Shown here: piece after piece, positions 1-10,637 of the stretch
How positions within the stretch are numbered: position 1 is the first letter of the stretch
Layout: each line of letters starts with the position of its first letter
Sequence record: MK250017.1
Length of the DNA stretch: 64,000 nt
Direction: 5' to 3' (one strand)
The notes under the pieces: model-generated
What the model was told of the DNA's origin: nothing
What the model saw: the letters and a program-made list of their open reading frames with translations, nothing else
Database searches by the model: none
Position numbers and translations under genes: made by a program

Positions 1-1
1 G

Positions 2-538
2 AATAGGTGTATTAAGTTTCCGGATTGTGTTTTAAGTGTTGTTCAATTTATGGAGCTCAAACGTAAAAATTCCATGTGGGGTATTGCAGACCCAGATTTA
101 TCATGGAATCGAATGTTTCAGACAGATATGTGGATGGGACCATAGATGGCAATGGATACTGTTATGTTTAGAACTATATAGTGGTCTAATTGGGATTAGT
201 TGAAGCAGTTTAATTTGGTTGATATAAAGCATAGATGGAATAGACCTACACATTAGTTATTTGTAACTGGACATGATCCATATAATGATGTATATTGTGA
301 ATTAGCAACAAAGGTAGATGATTAGGATTTATTTGAAGATCCTTGGGTTAGACAATGGATTGCAGCTAAGTGTAAATTATAGGTAGTAAAGAAATTAGGT
401 ACATTTACAGTAACAGCGATTGGTGGTGTAACAGTAAATACTGGAACATATTCTGAAGAAGCGAATAATGATATAAATGATTGTAAGGAATATTGGAAAA
501 CTCTTTAGCAAGCAGACTTTTTTGAAACTGGATATTAA
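2..538 (+). CDS. Neck protein, T4 gp13-like (5' partial; 5 in-frame TAG=Gln)
   Basis: Frame 2 is open to TAA 536-538 with TAG read through. C-terminus DLFEDPWVRQWIAAKCKLQVVKKLGTFTVTAIGGVTVNTGTYSEEA resembles the gp13 C-terminal W-V-x-x-Y...GGVT motif. Confidence 0.7.
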
Positions 539-570
539 TTTATTGATTAACAAATAGTTAATATATGTGA

Positions 571-614
571 TATAGGATATTATATTTTAGATGATTAAAA
601 TATAGTATCCTATA
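571..614 (+). terminator. Intrinsic terminator-like hairpin
   Basis: 19-bp arms tataggatattatatttta / taaaatatagtatcctata (one G-U pair), followed by a T-run. Confidence 0.6.
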
Positions 615-662
615 TTTTTATAAAATAAATAATGTAAATTTAATAATAGATTTAAATAAACA

Positions 663-2093
663 ATGGGATATAAAAGATATGGTAGTAGTGAGTCTGTACC
701 AACGTTTAATGATGATAATAATGGGGAAGTTGTTTCAAATGGCATTTTAAAAAATTCATCAAATAAAGAAATATATTTTGGTATTAAGAAACCAAAATCT
801 GCTGCAGATTCAGATAAACCTTGGCGAGAATTAACAACAGATGATTTTGATACATAGATAACAAGTGAAACTGGTGGATGTTCAGCAACAATAACAAAAA
901 ATGATAATGATACCACAAATAAAACAGGTATAATTACATATAGATTATCTAAAAATACAACAGGTAGTAGTAGGTTAATAACATTTAAATATAAAGGTAC
1001 AACATTATTTGAAATAAATTAGGCTGCAGGTCCAGTAGATAATAATACATATGTATATTTAAGATATTGGGTATTTGATAAGTCAACATATGAAAATATT
1101 ATAACATCTGCAAATAATACTACTTAGTTATATCGTTTTTCTCTTGGCATTAACAAAGAAGATGATAATGCGTATATAAGTTATGAAACTTGGAAAACAT
1201 CTGGTAATATAATATATCATGTAACAAATAATGAAGATTTAACTAATATCTTTAATACAGCAACTTCGATAAAAAATTTAGTAGATAATGGAACATTAAC
1301 ATATGTTGCAGGAAAAAATTTTGATAATAATACTATATCAAGTATTATAAAATTCCCAACAAAAATGTATGAAAATGAAAATACACTTATTTCTGTTAAT
1401 GATAATAGTATTGTATACATATATAGTGGCAAATATGAAGCAACTGTTGATGCAAATGATTATTATTTTGATAAAAATAATATACATAGCATTATAAATT
1501 GGGGAAATATTAATAATGATAATGTTACATCTATTGGAAAATATAGATATAATAAAAAATTAGTAATAAAAAAAACATATGAAATTTATATGTTTAAAGT
1601 ATTAACTAGTTGGTTTACTTCACATGGTAATGAAGCATTTTTATTTGTACCGACTAGTGATAGTAGGTATACATCAATCTCTAAAGAAAATGCAGATATA
1701 GATAGATGGGGTTATACATCATTTCCAGTAAGAGACGACGGAAATAAACTATATACATATTTCTTTGTAGAAACAACAAATACTTTAACAATCAATATGC
1801 TTTCTGGTAAAACATTAAAAGAATTAAAAGATAATTATAATTTAACAAAAGTTTCTGGAAATATGTATGAAGAAGATGATACTTATGTAAATAATATATC
1901 AGATAAAGTATTAGTAAATCAATGGAATACTATTATACATAAAACATTAAATAAAAATACAGCAACAGATACTGTTGCTATAGCATGGTTATATGCTTCA
2001 AATGGTTCAGAAATTTATACAAACGCAACATCAAGTAATAGTGTAATAATTGATATGAATAATCCTTCAGGAATATATAATATTACAGTATAA
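663..2093 (+). CDS. BACON-like Ig-domain protein, putative tail/receptor-binding accessory (476 aa, TAG=Gln)
   Basis: Track ORFs 663-857 and 1365-2093 are in the same frame and joined through TAGs. Contains GIITYRLSKNTTGSSRLITFKYKGTTLFEINQ, a BACON-like N-T-x-x-x-R...I-x-Q pattern. Confidence 0.6.
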
Positions 2094-2100
2094 TATTAAA

Positions 2101-2190
2101 TTCGTTATTCAAAAAACATTGAATAACGAATTTTTTATTTATGTAATTTAAGTTGCAGGATCTTATATTTAGACGTATATATAAAAAATG
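2101..2190 (+). repeat. Intergenic terminator+regulatory module, copy 1
   Basis: Hairpin ttcgttattc...gaataacgaa, a 33-bp core aataacgaattttttatttatgtaatttaagtt identical to 3076-3108, and ~30 further similar bases. Confidence 0.8.
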
Positions 2191-2198
2191 AATTTTCC

Positions 2199-3047
2199 AT
2201 GGCAAATTATAAACAAGTTTCTAACATTGGTATAGAAACAATTTCAGCAGATACACATACAAATGAAACATTAAAAGCACATTATCAAAGTAATGATTTA
2301 TAGACTATATATTTTGGATTAAAAGATGATAATGGTAATTATGAAGGTAAGTTAATAGAATCTTCTTATGAATTAATATCTACAATACCTGGATGTTCTG
2401 CAACTATTTCTACTATTGATTTAACAAAAACTGCAGGAATTATTAAATATACGATTTCTAAAAATACAACAAGTAGTGCAAGATTAATAACCTTTAAATA
2501 TAAGAATACTGAATTATTTAAAATAAATTAGGTTGATACTAATACATTAATATATAATTCTGAATATGTATATGTATGTACGGTTGGTAATATATCAAGT
2601 GATCCTAATAAAATATGGTTATTTGCTATACTTGCTGAAAATGGTAGTTTACCTAATAAGTCAGATTTATTAAATAATTATAAAACAATGGTGCAATTTG
2701 ATAGTTCATATGCAGGAGATAATCGAAAAAATGGTAGAACATTGTATTTTTCAGAGAAAACGTTACCTGCAAATAAAACAATACAGGAATTAAAAAATAG
2801 TGGGGTATTAACAGTTGTTAGAGAAAATAAAGTTAAGTATGATACAGATATTCCTTATCATTTAGTACTAGTAAATAATAATGCATATAATGCACCATAT
2901 AATATTTAGTCTAACATTGAAGACGCATTTAAAACTCCATATGAGATGTATGTTATAAATTAGAGTGATACTGTTATTTCATATTAGAAGACAATATTTA
3001 ATATATTTGATTATTATTATTGTGGTATATATAAATTTAATTCATAA
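2199..3047 (+). CDS. BACON-like paralog 2 (282 aa, TAG=Gln)
   Basis: ATG 2199 to TAA 3045-3047. GCSATIST...GIIKYTISKNTTSSARLITFKYKNTELFKINQ is closely similar to the 663-2093 protein. Confidence 0.6.
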
Positions 3048-3053
3048 TAATTA

Positions 3054-3140
3054 TTCGTTATTCAATTTGTTTTTAAATAACGAATTTTTTATTTATGTAA
3101 TTTAAGTTACTGGATTTCATATTTAGGCGTAGATATAAAA
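3054..3140 (+). repeat. Intergenic terminator+regulatory module, copy 2
   Basis: Same hairpin and core as 2101-2190. Confidence 0.8.
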
Positions 3141-3156
3141 ATATATTTTAATTTTT

Positions 3157-3990
3157 ATGTCAACATATAAAGAAACAACAGAACGAGAATTTCATATAAT
3201 TAATTTTATAGATAAATCATTAGTTACATTTACGCCTGATCCAAATATAGGTACGAAAGGGCTATTAGTAAAAGGTGTAAGTGTAAAGGATTCAAATAAA
3301 AAAGATGTTTTTATAGGATTAACTGATGGCACAAAGTTTAAATATTTAACTAATGATGATTATAACATCTATTATCAATCTAGTGATGCAATATATGTTA
3401 CTAAATATGCAGGTTCACAAGGTTGGCCTATATACTTGAATGTTTATAAAGAAAATATAGGGTTAATAGCACATATAAAATATTCATATAATGGAGTATA
3501 TGATTAGTTTTTTACTATCAATTACATACCATATGAAGTATTATTTATGGGTATTTATTATTCAGAAGATATAAGAAATGTGTATTTATTTAGTGAAAAA
3601 TTACCATCATCATATAGTGTAAGTCCATCTAAACATATAGCATTATATTCAAGTGCATCTGGTGATATATCATTATATGGTCCATATATATATTATGATC
3701 CCATGAAAATATTAGGTGGTGATGAAAAAAGTATTGATGATTATGTTAATGAAGGTACAATAACATATAAATCTGGAAATGATTTCAATGCTAATATAAA
3801 AAGTATGTATACAATAGAAGTGACATTTGTAAATATACCAAATACAAATAAAGATACAATAGAAATAAGTGAAAAAACAGATATATATTGCTATGAATAT
3901 ATTAATAATAAGTGGCAAACATATGGTTCTAGATCTTTTATATCACCAACACCATTAGTTTATAAGAGTGTTGCACATTATTCGAAATAA
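3157..3990 (+). CDS. Hypothetical protein, probable distant paralog of the two upstream genes (277 aa, one TAG)
   Basis: Track ORFs 3157-3507 and 3547-3990 are in frame across a single TAG. KDVFIGL echoes KEIYFGI and TIYFGL in the upstream genes. Confidence 0.6.
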
Positions 3991-4051
3991 TAAATTAATA
4001 TAAAAAATATTCATGAATAAATAATAAAAAGTTATTTTTAATATATTTTTT

Positions 4052-4462
4052 ATGAAACATAATATTCCATTAAATATACTAGATGAATATGCAAAAACAA
4101 TTTCATCAAAATAGGTAAAAATGCTTTATGAATCAAAATGTAATAAAAAATTTAAGAAAGCATTATATGAAAATATGAAATATCAAAATGATAATAGTTT
4201 TTCAATATACTTAAATGATTTTACATTAGATGAAGCTCATTCATCTGTTGATAAAGCATTAGTACGTTATGTAAGGAAACATAAACTTCAATATAATAAA
4301 GTCAGTGATGGTGTTTATTTTTATACACCTCTTGAAGAAAATTATATTTCCTTATTAGAAAATCTTGTTCAAGACGGATTTGATATAGATTTATTAAAAG
4401 AAAATGTAGATTCACAAAAAGCTACAGTTTATTTAGAAAAATTAAAGTTAAATAAGAAATGA
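4052..4462 (+). CDS. Hypothetical protein (136 aa, one TAG)
   Basis: ATG 4052 is in frame with the track ORF 4121-4462 through one TAG. Confidence 0.6.
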
Positions 4463-5145
4463 TAAAGATTAGAAGACGTAAACCTATTTTTGAGGATGAT
4501 CAGACTACATAGCAGCAACCTGCAACAGGTACAACAGCACAACCTGCTGCAACACCTGCAAATAATACAACAACTCCAGCTGCACCAACTCAACCTCAGC
4601 AACCTGCATAGCAACCTGCTCAACTTAATAATACTAACACACCTCAGCAACCAGCTGATCAAAATAATCAACAGCAATAGCAACAACCTAATCCTAATGC
4701 TTAGAAAGTTGCAGATGTGTTGAAAAAAATGGAAAATACATGGTGGATGATTTCTGTTAATCTTCCTGATGAAATTCAAAAAGATATTCCTGATTTTAAA
4801 CAAGGAAATCAATAGGCTGATAATGCTATTAAAGCATGGGGAACATTTAAACAGAATCCAACAGAAGATACATTCAAACAATTCTTAGAAGGATTTAAAG
4901 CATTTGGTGGCGTAAATAATGATTAGACAAATAATCAATAGAATAGCCAGCAACCAGCTGCACCAGCTCAACCTCAACAACCAGCATAGCAACCTACTCA
5001 ACCTCAAACAAATGTTAATGCTGGATTAAAAGCTGCATATTCATTCAGAAAGAATCTTATGGAAAATCTTGAGATTGCAAATAAGAAAAAATATTATAAT
5101 TCTGTTTGTGAAGATTATTTTGATAAAACTGAATTTACATTATAA
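4459..5145 (+). CDS. Gln/Pro/Ala/Thr-rich low-complexity protein (228 aa, TAG=Gln)
   Basis: MIKIRRRKPIFEDDQTT*QQPATG...QPQQPA*QPAQ...QQQ*QQPNP: TAGs fall inside Gln runs; stop TAA 5143-5145. Confidence 0.75.
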
Positions 5146-5167
5146 TAAAAATAAATGAATCTAAAAT

Positions 5168-5941
5168 ATGGTTAAAAAATATAAATATGTTTATAATCAA
5201 AAAACTGGACATTTTATAAAAAAACTAAATGAAGATGATTCAAATGTAAGTACAGATACACAACAATAGCAAAATAATAATTCTAATACTACTTCATCAA
5301 CAACTGATAATAAAGATACATCAACAAATAATACATCTTTTAAATCTGTTGAATCTGATGAAACAATTCAAAGTCTCAATGCAAAAATGCAAGATAATGA
5401 AAATAAATTTCAATAGGATTTAAATACATAGCAGAAACTTTTAGATGCTGCTAAAGTTACTGCATCTAAAAAAACACCAACAGGACCATATGACCCTGTT
5501 GCAACAGATGCAGACGTATTAAATATCATGAAAAAAATAAATGATATTACTAAACAACATGCTATTGATATTGCAAATTTTCAAGATTAGAAATTAGCAT
5601 AGCTATAGAAACTATCACAAACAAATGAATCATATTATAAAATTCCAGAAAAATATAAATGGTTAAACGAATCTAATATTCATACTGCAAAAATATATAT
5701 GGGTGATCTTATAGCTCCAGATGATTAGCACATATTAAAAGGTATGGCTGATTTCAAACGTGCTTTTAAAGATACAGATTTATTATACGGGAAAGACAGA
5801 AATGGATACTTTCTTATCGCGGTTGATAAAGATGATATGACAAAAGCATTTGACACACTAGAAGAAATAGGATACCTTCGTGATGAAATAATTGATACAA
5901 TGTTACCATAGGTATTAGATAGAACAAAAATGATTTTATAA
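5168..5941 (+). CDS. Hypothetical protein (257 aa, TAG=Gln)
   Basis: ATG 5168 to TAA 5939-5941 with several TAGs; N-terminal FIKKLNEDD. Confidence 0.7.
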
Positions 5942-5944
5942 TTT

Positions 5945-7224
5945 ATGAAAAATGAAATTTTATCATTAATATAGAATAATGATGGAACTATTAATACTCA
6001 TTTTAAAAAAATATTAAAAACACATAAAGATATTTATGATAAGATCTTATTATATTATGATGATTCAACATCTTTAACAGAAGCAGTATATCGTATAATT
6101 AATAATTTAGATGAAAGACCTAAATGTCCTGTATGCGGTAAAAAATTAAAATTTTATGGGTTTTCTACAGGATTTGCAAAATCTTGTTCTATAAGATGTG
6201 CTCAATATAATATAGAAACATAGTAGAAAATAAAAGAAACATGTTTAAAGAGATATGGTGAAACAAATGCAATGAAAAATAAACAAATATATAATAAAGC
6301 AAAGAATACTATAATTAAAAAATATGGAGTTGATAATGTATCTAAATCTGATATAATTAAATAGAAAAAAGTTGAAACATGTTTAAATAATTATGGTGTT
6401 AAATATTTTTATCGAGATGCACTTAGTTTTATCGAGATGCACTTAGGCATTACATTTACCAGATGTTAAAGAAAAAGCAAGTAAAAATTCTCATACTAAA
6501 GAAGTACGTGACAAAGCAAAGAATACTATAATTAAAAAATATGGAGTTGATAATGTATCTAAATCTGATATAATTAAATAGAAAAAAGTTGAAACATGTT
6601 TAAATAATTATGGTGTTAAATATTTTTATCGAGATGCACTTAGTTTTATCGAGATGCACTTAGCCTATGCAATCTAATATTGTATAGAATAAATCTATGT
6701 AGTCATGTTTAAATATATATGGATGTAAATCTATATCATAGGTGTATTCTATAAAATAGAAGAAAATAGAAACAATGCGCTTACATAATTCTTTTTGTAT
6801 ATCTAAACCAGAAAATAAAATATTGAATATTTTATTAAATAAATATAATGATACATGTTATCAATATAGTTCAGATTTATATCCATTTCATTGTGATTTT
6901 TATATACCATCATTAAATTTATATATAGAATATAATGGTAGTTGGACACATGGAAAACATCCATTTAATAAAGATAATGAAGATGATATAGAAATACTTA
7001 ATAATTGGAAAATTAAATCGGAAACAAGTAAATTTTATAAAAGTGCAATAGAAACTTGGACAATACGAGATGTAAATAAACGCAATTTAGCATATAAAAA
7101 TAAATTAAATTTTATTGAAATCTGGTATGTTTATAAAAATTATCATATAATAGGATATTATCAAGGTAAATATATTGATACTGTTATGCCTTAGCTATTT
7201 GATAGACATGAAATGATACAATAA
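5945..7224 (+). pseudogene. Free-standing homing-endonuclease-like gene (Zn finger, KYGV repeats, PD-(D/E)xK domain), frameshifted by two 40-nt inserts
   Basis: CPVC...CSIRC Zn motif, repeats of KYGVDNVSK/YGVKY, and catalytic-like YPFHCDFYIPSLNLYIEYNGSWTHG. The frame is continuous only if 6407-6446 and 6624-6663 are removed. Confidence 0.7.
6296..6663 (+). repeat. 151-bp direct repeat (6296-6446, 6513-6663), each copy ending in 2x TTTTATCGAGATGCACTTAG
   Basis: Direct reading of the sequence. Confidence 0.9.
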
Positions 7225-7231
7225 TTTAATT

Positions 7232-8005
7232 ATGCATTATATACAAGAAACAGATAATTTTAACATAAATCTTCCTTTGTATGGTTCATATTTATTATAT
7301 AATCCAAATACAAAAGAAACTGTAGTTAAAAAATCACCAAATCCTAAATATATTTCTGCTGATACATTTATTGATGTTGCTAATGAACTTAAACAAATTG
7401 CAACGGACTTAAAAATTACACCTACTGAATTACCATTATTTCAATATATTAGATATAGTCGCTATAAAGACGCAACATGGACAATTATTGCAGGTACAAT
7501 AGATAATAATTTTAAAGTGAAAGCAGATGTATCATATTCAATGGTTCCTAATATTCAATAGATGATTTTACCTTCAAAAGAAACTTTAGATTTTCCTCAT
7601 TTTTGTGGAACTATAAACGGTTTAATAAAAGGACATGGTGATCTTTGTGGATGGGCAGGTGATGCAGTCGAATATGCAGCAGATTTAATGAAAGATTAGA
7701 ATGCAGTATTTCCATCAGGTGGGTTTGACAGTGAAGATTTAAGAACTGATTTAGATGCTTATAATTTATATAATATTAGTAATACAAATATTATAGATAA
7801 TATAAAATCATATTATGAAAATATTACAGATAGTAAAAGAATTTCATTATTTTTAAAAGGTGGTGAAAATATTACTACAAGATTTAACAGTTCACCAGAT
7901 ATATTTTATCTTAATATATTAAAACAAAAGATGAATGTAACTGATGAATATATGACATTAGCATTAAATAAAATACAAACATATATGGATAAAAATAAAG
8001 GTTGA
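7232..8005 (+). CDS. Hypothetical protein with DLCGWAGD...GFDSEDLRTDLDAYN motif (257 aa, TAG=Gln)
   Basis: Track ORF 7232-7561 continues through TAG to TGA 8003-8005. Confidence 0.65.
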
Positions 8006-8034
8006 TAATTTTCGATATTATCAACCTTTATTTT

Positions 8035-8682
8035 TTATAAACTTGCAATATATTTCTTTATACCTTCCACATGAATATCTGTAATTATATTTCTACCTTC
8101 ATTACTTAATAACCATGTAGCATCTTCTTTATTATCCATAAACATATTTTCTGTTAAACATGCAGGACATGCAGTTTTTGATAATACATAATAATTTGCT
8201 TCCTGATCAGGATCACCATCTGAATTATCAGGGCGTAATTTCTTACCCAATGGTTTTAATTTAGATTCGGCAACTTCATAGATACATGTTGCTAATTTAT
8301 CTGCAGATGTTTGTCCTTTACTTGTATATACAGACCAACCTTGTGCATTCATCCATGAACCATTTCCAGCGGCATTTACATGAATAGAAATAAAAATTGC
8401 TTTATTTCCCTTTGCTTTTTCTTCAAGATATTTTTTATTAGCACGTTGAACTCGAAGATTTAAATCATAAGATTGACTTGTAATCTCTTCCACTTCAGGA
8501 TGTGTAATATAACATCTATATCCTCCTGAAATTAACTTATTGTAAACTTCATATCCTATTGCACGAACATATGCATATTCTTTTAACTATGTTTTACCAT
8601 CGTCAAATACAGGACTGGATTTCCCTGGTGTATTACAACCATGTCCCATATCAAGCATTACTAAAACTTTACTCTTTTCCAT
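8035..8682 (-). CDS. N-acetylmuramoyl-L-alanine amidase (Amidase_3), endolysin (215 aa, one TAG)
   Basis: VMLDMGHG, QLKEY, FISIHVNAA and CLTENMFMDN supply the His/Glu/His Zn ligands and the catalytic Glu. Start ATG 8682; TAG at codon 32. Confidence 0.88.
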
Positions 8683-8684
8683 AA

Positions 8685-10160
8685 TTAATACATCTTATCA
8701 TATAATTTAAATGTAAATACTGATAATTCTTTTAAGCAATTATTACTTAAACAAACACCATCTCCAGCAGCAGTTGGTGCCAAGAAATTTTTATAATTAT
8801 CAGAAATACTCTTATTTACTTTAATTGTTTTTCTATCTCTCTTTCCTTGTTTAATTTCTTCTTTACATCTATTTAAAATTGATATGAGATTATCATATAT
8901 ATTTTGTACATCATCTTTCTTCAAAGTATATACAATATAATCAATATTACTTGTTCCAATATATCTAGGAAATAAAATATATTGAATATTATCATCAGAT
9001 AATATATCTAATTCTCCCTTTCTTGAAATATTAATTCTAAAATTATCTTCGCTTGATTTACGTCTCTATGCAACAGCAATACTAAAAACAGATGGAAATC
9101 CAGGAGCATTATTAATATTTCTTACTATAAAATCTTGATTTCCTCTTCTTGCAGATTTATTGAAAAATGTAGATTTACCAAATTTTTTCATAAGCACGCC
9201 ATTCAATCTTTCCTTTAAATGTGTAGATGAATTATTATGTGAATAATCATATCTATCTTCATTTAAACTACGTTTAATACTAACTGCAATAGATTCAATT
9301 AATGATTTATATAACTAATTATTATTCATTTTTTCTGATACCTATTTTAATTTATTTATTGTATTTTTATCAATAATTGCATAATCATCTCCATCATATC
9401 GTATTTCAGAATTATCAGCTAATATATCAAAAAACTTAGGATTCTTTTTATTAAATTGATATATAGGTATATTATCTATACATGTTGTACATGTATTTAC
9501 AAATACTTTATTAAACTGTTTAAGTAATGAATTAAGTAATGAAATACATGTAGTCTCATCCTATATAGATAATTGCCTTATATATACTATATTCGCTATA
9601 CATTCTGATTTTATATTTAATAATTTTGGAAAATTATTTGCAAACTCATTTGATATTTTATAATCACTAGATGATAATCGACGTTCTTTATTATATATTA
9701 CACAAAAAGAATCTCTTACATTATTATATGTAATGTCATCATAACCATATATAATTTTATCTGTTATAATATTATATTCATCATATAATATATTTGTGAA
9801 TTTTATAATATAAAAATCATCATCACTTATACGCGTTTTATTGGTACTATACATATAAGGATAAACCTATATATATTCTATTCTTGTATAATTATTATTA
9901 AATTTAAATGTTAAATAAATACAATCAGGATTAAATGGTAATTTTACATTATCATATGTTAACTATTCTCCTTTATTATAATCTTTGTAACAATCTTTAT
10001 CTAACATAATTAAATAATGATCATATATCTCATAGGATACTTTCATCCAATCAATTTCTCTAGCAAATCTATGTGCAATCTCTTCTACATCATTAGATAA
10101 TATAGATGATGTTAAAATATTATTATCATCATTAAAATCTATATCATTAAATAAATCCAT
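8685..10160 (-). CDS. Hypothetical protein (491 aa, TAG=Gln); possible internal start at 9329
   Basis: Three track ORFs lie in one frame with no TAA/TGA between them; internal MNNNQLYKSLIESIAVSIKRSLNE looks like an N-terminus. Confidence 0.55.
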
Positions 10161-10190
10161 TAAAATAAACTACTATTTTAAATATTTATT

Positions 10191-10532
10191 TTAAAAGGGT
10201 AATTCTTCTCCAGGTTCCATAGGTAAAAATGAAAGTGTTGGAATTATATTATGTTTTCTAAAATACTTTTTATGCATTTTCTTTGCAGTTCTCCATTCTC
10301 TTATAGATTCTCTTGAAACAGTAAAACTTGGACAATTTTCACAAATATCAAATATATTTTTATTTAATTCATTTTCAATTTCATATACTGGTCTATTATC
10401 ATAATTTGGTTGTCGAGAACAACAAAACCAATTAATATACATAGGATATGGATCATCTGTTACCATATCATCAAATGACTTATCATGTGCGCATTTACAA
10501 CCACAAAATTTTTTTCTTAATCTACTTTTCAT
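10191..10532 (-). CDS. Hypothetical Cys-rich protein
   Basis: 113-aa ORF with several Cys pairs (CGCKC, CCS, CENC). Confidence 0.6.
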   Translation of the reverse strand: MKSRLRKKFCGCKCAHDKSFDDMVTDDPYPMYINWFCCSRQPNYDNRPVYEIENELNKNIFDICENCPSFTVSRESIREWRTAKKMHKKYFRKHNIIPTLSFLPMEPGEELPF

Positions 10533-10637
10533 ATCTGTTTAATTTAAAATATTATATAACATTTATATAATAATAAATCTATTAATGTTTGTTAAATTTT
10601 ACTTATAAATATGTTAAATGCTAAATAATTTAATTAT

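Noticed and set aside
4429-4881. Cys/Leu-rich minus ORF and the +1-frame ORF 4490-4723
   Set aside because: Shadows of the Gln/Pro-rich gene 4459-5145 read with TAG=Gln
6407-6663. Four copies of a 20-mer as a possible CRISPR array
   Set aside because: Copies are directly tandem with no unique spacers, are too short, and no cas gene or leader is present
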